This document shows positions 9,958 through 19,400 of a stretch of DNA of 52,545 nucleotides, in pieces (position 1 is the stretch's first letter; every line of letters starts with the position of its first letter). The notes beneath the pieces were generated by a model that did not search any database, had not been told where the DNA came from, and worked only from the letters and a program-made list of their open reading frames with translations. A program made the position numbers and the translations under genes. The stretch lies in the NCBI GenBank assembly GCA_964535135.1, contig CAZHSA010000001.1, forward strand, positions 1-52,545, written 5' to 3'. This stretch comes from an uncultured Kordia sp. (GTDB lineage: Bacteria; Bacteroidota; Bacteroidia; Flavobacteriales; Flavobacteriaceae).

Positions 9958-11433
9958 TTATAGTGGATTTTGAACCAATGCAGGGTTTCTGTCAAGTTCC
10001 TGCTGTGGAATTGGTAATAGTTTTTTAGCGTCTGTCATGTTGTAATTAACAGGACTTCCGTTACGCAAATCAATTTCGTTGAGATTGTTCATCGTAGCTA
10101 CTAATTGATTGTAGCGCGCTAAATCGTCCCAACGCTGTCCTTCTAGAAATAGTTCTAGTCTGCGTTCGTTTAAGATCGTTTCTCGTAATATTTCTTGTGA
10201 ACTGCTTTGCGCCATCGTCAAATCGGGCAAACTTGCTCGGTTGCGAATTCGGTTGACTTCCGTAACTGCATTTCCAAGTTGATTCAATTCGTTGTACGCT
10301 TCTGCTTTTAGCAATACAATGTCGCCATAGCGGATTAAATAGGTATTGTCTGCACTGGCAAAACCGTTCGCATTTTTCCATTTGTAACTGAAAGGAATTG
10401 AGCTTCCTTGTGTATTTCCCCAATATTCATCTACCCATTGTACGGCTTCAAAAAGTATAGCGGTATTTTTTCGAACAACATCGCCTTCTGCATCAAACGC
10501 GTTGACTATATCTACCGAAGGCGTTACAAATTTTCGCCATGTATCACCACTGATAGAAGGTGGCAATAATAATTGTGGTCCAAAGTTTCCTTCGTTTCCG
10601 CCTAAGTATTGTACTTCAATGATAGATTCTGCATTGTTATAATTGTTACCGTCAAACAGTTGCTCGTAGGCAATAAGTTGATAGTTTGCTGTACTACTTT
10701 CTACTGCTTCTATGTGTGTAAGAACCACATTGTAATTTGGCGACGGTTGTTGCGCATACGCTTTTGCTGCTAGTGCATGTGCTGCGCCTGCCGTGGCTCT
10801 TGCTTTGTTGATGCTTGCATCGTTTCCATAGATGTCAGGTAATAAACTGGCTGCGGTTTCTAAATCGGAGGTGATTTGTACGTATACTTCTTCTGCGGAA
10901 GCGCGCGGAATATTAACACTTTCACTATCTGTTGATGTAATTGTGTTTAGAATTAACGGAACGCCGCCCCAAAGTTTGACCAAGGTAAAGTAATGATAGG
11001 AACGTAAAAAGTACGCTTCGCCTTTGATTTGATTTCTGCGTTCGTCCGTAAGGAAAGGATCGCTGATGCCGTCAATGCGTTCTAAAACGAGATTTGTTTT
11101 GGAGATGGCATTGTAAATGTTGGACCAATGTGTGAATAAGCGTGAGTGTGTTGGTGCGATGTCTAAGAAGTCGATTTGAAAGATTTCAGGATTGTCGCCA
11201 CCTGCATACGCATTGTCCGATCGTACGTCTTGAAAGAGCACGTTGTCCCACACATAGTATTCGGACGATTGAAACGACTCGTATGCGCCAACTAGTGCCG
11301 CTTCTATTTGACTTGCCGTTTCATAAGCGTTTCCGCTGGTTTCTTCGGAAATTGGATCTAAGTCTAAGAAATCGTTGCATGAAATGGTTGTGATTCCGAC
11401 TACAAGTATCAATATGTTTTTATAGATTTTCAT
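9958..11433 (-). CDS. susD: RagB/SusD family nutrient-binding lipoprotein
   Basis: Lipobox ISC-NDFLD; GEAYFLRS, RYGDIVLLKAEA, ERRLELFLEGQRW and LPIP...QNP motifs; start at ATG 11433 (MKIYK). Confidence 0.93.
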   Translation of the reverse strand: MKIYKNILILVVGITTISCNDFLDLDPISEETSGNAYETASQIEAALVGAYESFQSSEYYVWDNVLFQDVRSDNAYAGGDNPEIFQIDFLDIAPTHSRLFTHWSNIYNAISKTNLVLERIDGISDPFLTDERRNQIKGEAYFLRSYHYFTLVKLWGGVPLILNTITSTDSESVNIPRASAEEVYVQITSDLETAASLLPDIYGNDASINKARATAGAAHALAAKAYAQQPSPNYNVVLTHIEAVESSTANYQLIAYEQLFDGNNYNNAESIIEVQYLGGNEGNFGPQLLLPPSISGDTWRKFVTPSVDIVNAFDAEGDVVRKNTAILFEAVQWVDEYWGNTQGSSIPFSYKWKNANGFASADNTYLIRYGDIVLLKAEAYNELNQLGNAVTEVNRIRNRASLPDLTMAQSSSQEILRETILNERRLELFLEGQRWDDLARYNQLVATMNNLNEIDLRNGSPVNYNMTDAKKLLPIPQQELDRNPALVQNPL

Positions 11434-11443
11434 AACAAGCTTT

Positions 11444-14392
11444 TTAAAATTGAACATTGAGACCAAAGATGATGTTTCTGGTTTGCGGATAGGTTCCAAA
11501 ATCAATTCCTCGAACTGTGTTGCTTCCGCCGAAAGCGTTTACTTCAGGATCAAATCCAGAATATTCAGTAATTGTAAATATATTTTCGCCTGTAGCGTAT
11601 ATTTTTAAACTACTTATTTTTAGTTTTTCAAGAAAGGGTTTTGGTACATTGTAACTGAGTGTGATTGCTTTGAATCGCAAATACGAAGCGTCTTCAATGA
11701 ATCGTGTTGACACTCTGGAGTTGTCACTGTTTCCAAAACTTGCGCGCGGAATGTTTGTGATATCGCCAGGTTGACGCCAGCGATTTAAGACTGCTGTCGA
11801 TTGATTTTTAGGATCAATCATACCTTCCGTTTCTATGCGTGTGGCGTTGAGTAAGTCATTTCCTTGCGAACCTTGCAAAAAGACGAACAATCCAAATCCT
11901 TTATAATTGATGGTATTGGTAATTCCATAGAAAAAATCAGGATTTGCGTCTCCAATAATCGTTCTATCATCAGGACTTGGCGTAAACGTAGATGCTCCGT
12001 TACGATCAATGTAGAAAGCATTTCCCGTTGCAGGATCTACTCCTCCAAAAATATATCCATAGAGTGAACCTAATGCTTCACCTTCGCGCACAATGCTTGC
12101 TTCGCCTCTTCCGCCTGCGATGCCGCCTTGTAGAATTTCTTGTCCCACCAAATCAATCACTTCATTTTCATTGAAAGAGATGTTGAAACTCGTTGTCCAC
12201 GACAGGTTTTCATTTTGAATGTTGGTGCTGTTGAGTGAGAATTCTAATCCTTTGTTTTGTAGTTCGCCAATGTTTTGGATGGCGCTATCAAATCCGGTAG
12301 CTGTTGGCAATGGTGCGTTGAGAAGCAAGTCGCGCGTATTTTTAATGTACGCATCTGCTGTGAAGCTAATTCGATTGTCGAACAGCGACACGTCAATTCC
12401 GATGTTGGTTTGCTCCGACTCTTCCCATTTGAGTTCTAAGTTTTCAATGGACGCAGGAAATGTTCCCGGTTGTACTACGCCGCCAAATGGATAGTTTGCA
12501 CCATTTCCAACCCTGCCTAAATATGCATAGTTTGCAATTTGATCGTTTCCTACGATTCCCCAACCTGCTCTAATTTTTAAGTCACTAATGATCGATTCTT
12601 CTGGAATGAATTTTTCGTTGGAAACACGCCAACCGAGCGAGAACGATGGAAAATATCCCCAACGTTTGTTTGGTCCGAACGCGCTTGAACCGTCTGCGCG
12701 AAAATTCGCGGTTAGCAAATATTTGTCGTCATAACTGTAATTGATTCTACTTAAGAAAGAGGAATTTGCTCTTTCCGACTTAAACGCCGTTGCATTGAAG
12801 AGTTCTGAACCACCATTTGGCGTTGTGACTGTGGCACTGGCAAAGTTTCTGGTTTGAATAGAACTGTCTTCAAAGCGAAATTTTTGGTTTACCGATCCTA
12901 CCAATGCTTCTACAGAGTGTTTGCCGAATGCATTGTTATAGCTTATTGTATTTTCTAGAATGTAATAGGATGTTTTGTTTGTATTGTTAATGGCTTGTCC
13001 GCCAATTGCCACGCCAAATCCTGTTCGTGAAGCATCTAAAAATGAGTCAAATACGCCGTTACTGTTGTCGATTCCGTAGTTGATTCTGTATTTAAAATGT
13101 TTTAGAAATGTTGCTTCTGCATAGAGATTTCCCAAGAAACGTTGATTGTTGAATTCTCTGTCTAAACCGTCTGTACTTGCCAGCGGATTTTCCCAGTTTT
13201 GAAATGGATTGCTCGCAAACATTCCGTCTTCATTGAATACTCCGATGATGGATGGTGTGGTGAGTGCGCCCAATAAAACTCCACCTTGATTTACGTTGTT
13301 GTTATCGTTTACGTCTACATCTTTGTAGCGTGTATAAGCAATTCTTGAACCGACTTTGAGCCAATCATTAATGTTTTGATCAATGTTTATTTTGAAGTTG
13401 GTTCTGTCTAATTCAGCACTTCGAACGGCGCCTTCTTGCGAAATGTATCCTGCGGAGATAAAATAGTTAGTGGATGCTGTTTTTCCAGAAACTGAAGCTT
13501 GATAGTTTTGTGAGAAGCCATTTTGAAATATTTCATCTTGCCAATCGGTTCGTGCCGTGAAATTGTCCCAATCTGTGGAAAGTCCCATTTCGGTCATAAG
13601 ATCACGGTATTGTTCACCATTTAAGACTTCGAGCGTGTTCCACACTTGTGAAAAACCTGTGTAGATGTCTAGACTTACTTTCGGTTTTTCCGTAGTTCCG
13701 CGTTTTGTGGTAATAATTACGACTCCATTTGCTCCTTGCGCACCATAAATTGCGGTGGATGAAGCATCTTTTAACACTGTTATCGTGTCTATATCACTTG
13801 GATTGATAGAGCGCGTGTCCGTTGTAGGAACACCATCGACTACATATAATGGTTCGCTTCCTGCATTGATAGAGTTTGTTCCTCGAATTCGAATACTGAA
13901 TCCTTCTGATGGTTTTCCTGAACTTGAAAGTACTTGCACACCAGCTGATTGTCCTTGTATCAATGCACCAACTTGTGTATTTGGTCGCGATTCAAACGCT
14001 TCACCATCAATGATTGCTACCGAACCTGTGATGTCTTTTTTAAGTTGAGAACCATAACCAACTACGACAACTTCGTCAAGTGCACTGATATCGTCCTCAA
14101 GTTGTACGTTTATTTTGGTTTGACCGTTAACGCGGACTTTTTTTGTTTTTAATCCCACATAACTAAAGACTAACACCGTGTTTTCTGAAAATTCGTAGGT
14201 AATGGAATATAATCCGTCAAAATCTGTACTATCTCCTTTATCAGTTCCTTCCACAATGACGGAAACACCCGGGATTGGTACGCCACTGGAATCTGTCACT
14301 GTACCTGTGACTTTGTTTTGCGCATTCATCAACATTCCTTGTAATAGAAATGTGGTTAGTATTGCGATACATTTTAGTTGTTGTATACTCAT
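11444..14392 (-). CDS. susC: SusC/RagA TonB-dependent transporter
   Basis: VVVVGYG, IRIRG, PLYVVDG, LKDASSTAIYG..GANGVVIITTK and LKWE motifs; C-terminal F. Confidence 0.96.
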   Translation of the reverse strand: MSIQQLKCIAILTTFLLQGMLMNAQNKVTGTVTDSSGVPIPGVSVIVEGTDKGDSTDFDGLYSITYEFSENTVLVFSYVGLKTKKVRVNGQTKINVQLEDDISALDEVVVVGYGSQLKKDITGSVAIIDGEAFESRPNTQVGALIQGQSAGVQVLSSSGKPSEGFSIRIRGTNSINAGSEPLYVVDGVPTTDTRSINPSDIDTITVLKDASSTAIYGAQGANGVVIITTKRGTTEKPKVSLDIYTGFSQVWNTLEVLNGEQYRDLMTEMGLSTDWDNFTARTDWQDEIFQNGFSQNYQASVSGKTASTNYFISAGYISQEGAVRSAELDRTNFKINIDQNINDWLKVGSRIAYTRYKDVDVNDNNNVNQGGVLLGALTTPSIIGVFNEDGMFASNPFQNWENPLASTDGLDREFNNQRFLGNLYAEATFLKHFKYRINYGIDNSNGVFDSFLDASRTGFGVAIGGQAINNTNKTSYYILENTISYNNAFGKHSVEALVGSVNQKFRFEDSSIQTRNFASATVTTPNGGSELFNATAFKSERANSSFLSRINYSYDDKYLLTANFRADGSSAFGPNKRWGYFPSFSLGWRVSNEKFIPEESIISDLKIRAGWGIVGNDQIANYAYLGRVGNGANYPFGGVVQPGTFPASIENLELKWEESEQTNIGIDVSLFDNRISFTADAYIKNTRDLLLNAPLPTATGFDSAIQNIGELQNKGLEFSLNSTNIQNENLSWTTSFNISFNENEVIDLVGQEILQGGIAGGRGEASIVREGEALGSLYGYIFGGVDPATGNAFYIDRNGASTFTPSPDDRTIIGDANPDFFYGITNTINYKGFGLFVFLQGSQGNDLLNATRIETEGMIDPKNQSTAVLNRWRQPGDITNIPRASFGNSDNSRVSTRFIEDASYLRFKAITLSYNVPKPFLEKLKISSLKIYATGENIFTITEYSGFDPEVNAFGGSNTVRGIDFGTYPQTRNIIFGLNVQF

Positions 14393-14484
14393 TTTTTGTT
14401 TGCGTTACTTCGGTTTTAGGGTTCTCGAAAACGTTGTAGCAATTTAGCTTGAAAGAAGGCGCTTTTGAACACCTAGTGTATTAA

Positions 14485-14572
14485 AAGTGGATTTTCAGAC
14501 TATCTAAAATATTTTAAATAACTAATATTCAGATAATTGATTGTTTTACAACAAAAAAAATAAGTGGATTTT
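14485..14572 (-). promoter_or_regulatory. Putative SusR-family operator: 11-bp direct repeat AAGTGGATTTT x2, 77 bp apart
   Basis: Identical 11-mers at 14485-14495 and 14562-14572 between the regulator and susC; TAAATTG -7-like element near 14440-14446 on the minus strand. Confidence 0.6.
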
Positions 14573-14654
14573 GTATGCGTATATTTTCCAAATTGCATCG
14601 TATATTTTCTTCAAAAGTGAAATAAAACGTGTAGAAAAGGAGATATTGTAAATT

Positions 14655-16295
14655 TTATTGGATGTTTTTTATCATTTCTTCAAAGGTTGCCTTGTCTTTT
14701 GCGGCACTTTTGACACTTGCACGATAGTTATAAATCGTATTGACTGAGTAGCGAAGTATTTTTGCAATGCGCGAACTGTTGGTTATTCCGAGTTTGATGA
14801 GTGCTAGTATTCGTAATTCGGTATTTAGTTGCGTATCATCTTTGAGTATGATTTGCTCTTCCGGTTTGAGTAATTCGTTTACATATTTTACAAAGTCAGG
14901 ATAAATATGTAGAAACGAACCGTCGAAGTTTTTGTTGAATATTTCCAGTTCTTCCTCAATGAATTGCTTTGATTTTGAGAGTTCTAACAACGATTTCATT
15001 TGATTCGTGTTTACGTATTTGCGCACTAGTTTTCGATACGTATCTAACTTTGTAATGTATTCTGAATAGAGATTTAGGAAGGTTCCGATATAGTGTTCTT
15101 TGACTTTGTCCGATTCTGAAAGTTCTAAGTATAAACGTTTTAAGTCTTCATTGGTCGCATTGAGTTTTTCATTGAATTCCTGTAGTTTGTCATTGGCGGT
15201 TTTGAGTTTGTTTCGCGCGTCTGATACTTTTTGTACTTGCAAAAAGACTAAATAGATGGCAATAAGCAAAAATCCTGCAAGAACACTTATGAAGATAAGC
15301 GATTCTTGTAGTTTGTCTTTTTGTTTTTCGCTGCGCTCTTCATACGCTTTTGAAATCATTGGTAAACTGTTGGCAATGTTTACAAAACGTAGTTGTGAGT
15401 TGTAGAATTCGGCATCATCAAACGAAAAGTTGACATAGCGATGCGCGCGATCAATGTCATCTTCTTTAAACATAATTTTTGCCAATGTTCCCATAGACGC
15501 GTTGTCTTTTACCGACGCTTCAATGTCGGAGATGGCCGATAGAATGAGGTATTGTTTTTGTTTTTCTGAATCGTTTTGTAATTCGTATAGCAATGAACGT
15601 TCAAATGTGATGAGCGAGAAACCTCTGTAGCCCATTTTTACTTCTTTTAGGCGTTTTGAATTGATTTCTAAAGCTTCTTCAAGTTTACGATTGTCTCGTA
15701 GATTTTTTTCTTTGAGTCGCAACGATTCTTCAGAGTTTGGATCTAATCGTGTATACAGCGAATCTTGGTATGCATTGTATAATCGGGAATAGGAAACTTT
15801 GCTACTTTTGACGGTTGTGTTGAACGAAAGTCCTGAATATCCTTCTTTGTACGCAATGTAATAATCGTTCAGTAATAAGTTTGGCAAGGAATCACGTTTG
15901 ATTTTATTTAGTGCATCAATGGATTCTTTGTAGCGACCAGAATCTACCAAAAGTGTGCTTAATATGAGTTTACTTTTGTTGAGAAAGATACTATTGTTGA
16001 GTTGTGCCGCAATTTCTATGTTTTGCTCAATATAGTTTAATGCTTTGTTAAAGCTATAAAATTGGTATTCTTCTATGACCTCATCGAATAGTAAATATTT
16101 TTTCTCCAAATCAGAAGTCAGTGTCGCTTTTTCTACTAATTTTTGAATTCGTGCTTCTTTTTGCTTATCAAATAGTTCGCGCTTCTTCATGGTGGCATCA
16201 AGTGCGACAAATAAAGAATCTAAATTTTGTCCATACGCAATGTGTTGAACTAAAAAGCCCATAAGAATGACGAGTATGATTCTTGAATATTTGAT
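14655..16295 (-). CDS. SusR-like (DUF6377) transmembrane transcriptional regulator
   Basis: TPR-like sensor region, one TM helix (SLIFISVLAGFLLIAIYLV), coiled coil, C-terminal LNTELRILALIKLGI...YSVNTIYNYR HTH; start uncertain (ATG 16262 or ATC 16295). Confidence 0.88.
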   Translation of the reverse strand: MKYSRIILVILMGFLVQHIAYGQNLDSLFVALDATMKKRELFDKQKEARIQKLVEKATLTSDLEKKYLLFDEVIEEYQFYSFNKALNYIEQNIEIAAQLNNSIFLNKSKLILSTLLVDSGRYKESIDALNKIKRDSLPNLLLNDYYIAYKEGYSGLSFNTTVKSSKVSYSRLYNAYQDSLYTRLDPNSEESLRLKEKNLRDNRKLEEALEINSKRLKEVKMGYRGFSLITFERSLLYELQNDSEKQKQYLILSAISDIEASVKDNASMGTLAKIMFKEDDIDRAHRYVNFSFDDAEFYNSQLRFVNIANSLPMISKAYEERSEKQKDKLQESLIFISVLAGFLLIAIYLVFLQVQKVSDARNKLKTANDKLQEFNEKLNATNEDLKRLYLELSESDKVKEHYIGTFLNLYSEYITKLDTYRKLVRKYVNTNQMKSLLELSKSKQFIEEELEIFNKNFDGSFLHIYPDFVKYVNELLKPEEQIILKDDTQLNTELRILALIKLGITNSSRIAKILRYSVNTIYNYRASVKSAAKDKATFEEMIKNIQ

Positions 16296-16437
16296 ATGGA
16301 ATTGGTTTTAGGGAATGAAATTACAATTTACCACTATCTCCTTTGATTCGCAAATGAATTGTTTAATGTGAGTTCAACGTAAACGTTGTTTAAATAAACT
16401 TATAGAACATTTACTATATTTCTCATAAATATTGAAC

Positions 16438-19400
16438 TCAATTATTTGTTTTTTTGTAGCGCAAGCGTGGTAATACAATTTTATATTCTTTTTCTTCGAT
16501 TTTATCATACCAATACACTAAATATTCTACAGAGCCATTTACTAAATGATAGGTATCATTTGTAAAAGTAGTGTGTTTTTCTTCTAAGAATTTTTGTGAG
16601 AAGAGTAAGATATTATCTGCATTTGAGTTGGCTAATCCTAAAGCCTCATTTGTTTTAAATTGCACAATGTCTTTTTGTAATTTTTCACCCGAAACTAATT
16701 GTGAAATTCGATACGGAATACTTCTAAATTTTTGAGAACCTAAATTGACTTCCTTATGATTTAAAACAACTTCAAATGACGCAGGTTGCTGCGTAGTTCC
16801 TTTAAAAGGAATGGTTTCCAATGTATTACTTTCAAATTCATCAAAGAAATTGCTGTTGCAGTGCAATTGTAAACTACGCTTTGCCCGTGAACAGCCTACA
16901 TATAGAACCCGTTTTGCTTCTGCTGTGTTGAATTTATAGTCTTCTAACAGTAGATAAACATGATCAAATTCTTTCCCTTTTGCTTTGTGAATCGTGGCAA
17001 TGTAAATTACATTACTATCTGCGTTGATGGCATCTTGCATATTTATTTCACGAATGTAATCGTACCAATCGACAAGTAATTTATGTTTTGGATAACTTTT
17101 TTCAAATCTGGAAATGACAGCTAAGCAAGTTTCTAAGTGAATGCTATGTTGGTGTATGTTTGCAAAAGCTATTTTTGCTTCTTGCCAAACAACATCCAGA
17201 ATGAATCCAGCTTCATTTTTTTTGCTTTTTACATCGTTTGTAAATGTTCGTATTTCATGTAAATCTGACAGTCGAAAACCATCCAATCCCGTAATGAGTC
17301 TTGTTTTCTGTCCCGCACTTTTTAAATAAGTTTGCACCATCAGCGCTTGCTTATTGGTTCTGACCAATACGGCTCTAGTTCCTGCGTAATCATCAGAAAT
17401 CAATCTATTTACGAGCGATTGTTCTAAATAATTTGATGTGTAACGTATTAACTGAACATTAGAATTCACATCTTCTTTAGTAGCTAAAAGTGTTTTTGTT
17501 TTAAGTCGATTCGGAATTCTCGTTAATAGTTCATTATTAAAAGTTACTATTTCTGAGCTGCTTCTGTAGTTTTTAATTAAAGTGTAAGGTATGGCTTTTT
17601 GTGTTTTTAAAAAATCGAGCATGTGTTTATTTGATGAACCTCTAAATTCATAGATATTCTGGTCGTCATCTCCAACGGCTATCACTCTGATATTCTCTGC
17701 CTTTTTGATAATTATTTGTATCAATTCCCATTCATCTGCATTTACATCTTGAAACTCGTCCAACAAGAGCACACTTTTATTTTGTATGTAAGTAATGTCT
17801 ATGTCATCATTTTTAATGGCTTCTACACAATCTTTGATGATGTTTTGCGATTTTTCTAAATCGCCCAATTGTCCCAATAACTGAAAACAAAATCCGTGAA
17901 ATGTCGTTATTTTGATAAATCGCGCATATTCTGGCACCAATTTCGTGGCTCTATCTTTAAATTCCAACGAAGCTGCTTTCGAAAATGTTAACATCAAAAA
18001 CTGTTCTGGCTTGATATCTTCTAACAATAACAAACTTGCAATTTTGTGCACCAACACTCTCGTTTTTCCACTTCCTGGACCTGCTAATACGAGAATGTTT
18101 TTAGATTTTCCATCATTGACAATCTTAGCCTGATCAGTATCTAATTCTTTTAAAATTTGTTTGAAACGTTTCGGGCTCAAACATCTACTAATTTCATTTT
18201 TTCGTCTGGGGAAATGCTTTGCCAAAAATTCTTCGTACGGCAAACCAAAATATTCGTTCACAAAAGAAAGAGCTGATTCGTAATTTTGAAGCCTGCGTTT
18301 TGCATATTCGCCCACAATATGAATTTGTTGCGTTTTGTGCAAATAATGCATTTCCATTTTCTCGTAATTTTTTTTGGTAAACATACGAATTGAATCGTCA
18401 ATATCTTTGACATTTAAACGATTGTAAAACACCATAAAACCACCTTCTAGTTGAATGGATTTTATTTGATTTAGAAATAATAATGTTCGTTCATATTGCC
18501 TTAATTCATAATTTTTAACTTGTGTAAACGCATCTAGTGTTTCTTCATTTTGAGTTGTTTTACTTTCTCTTAATTCCAACATAGAAAAACCAACAGATAA
18601 ATCATTCTTATTTTTAGTGGTTTCCGCTTTTTGCTGTTTAATATAAAGTACTTTTAACTTATCAAGAATATCTGGTGCTAAATCATGTCGCCATTCAATG
18701 TCCTTTACAATAGCTTCATAATTCTTGATAGCAATACTATATGTTTCAGTTTCTCGGTGAATACGATTTTTTTTGATGAAATTTCTTATTTCCCAATAGT
18801 TGAGAATGTTTTTAATATCACTTACCGCTGTTTTTTTTACATTCGCATTGATCATATTCTGATTCAATTCGCGCATGGAGATTTTGATATCTTTTTTAAG
18901 AAACTGAAGCAATGCTTTTTCAAGAATTATATATCGTTGTAAAATGTTTTCTGAACCATTTTTAGATTTTAATAAGCTTATAAATGCCGTTAAATCTCTA
19001 GCATCACCTAAAATTTTTAACTCTCTTAACGTAGTGATTATATTTTGTACTTCTTTAATACGCAAGCCTGTTAAATCTGCCAAATAATCCACTCTACATT
19101 CGTCATGCTTATAGACATATTGCAATACTCTGGCACATTTCTCTTTTTCATTTTCTGTAATCCTACTATCATTAATGACTTTTCTCGCTTTACCTAATTG
19201 TGAGAATAACAAACTATTTGCATACACACGCGGTGAATTTTGTTTTCGTTGTAAAAACCCTTCATCTTCCAATGCTGCAATCGAAGTTTTTACTTTAGTC
19301 TCTAAGTCTTTAATTTCTGTGTCCCAACCCGCTTTTTGTGCAATTTCAAGTGCAGAATTACTTATGTTTTTATTAGTTCTATATTTAGCTAAATTCTTTA

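Noticed and set aside
11434-11505. N-terminal extension of SusD
   Set aside because: Overlaps susC; the lipoprotein signal begins at MKIYK (11433)
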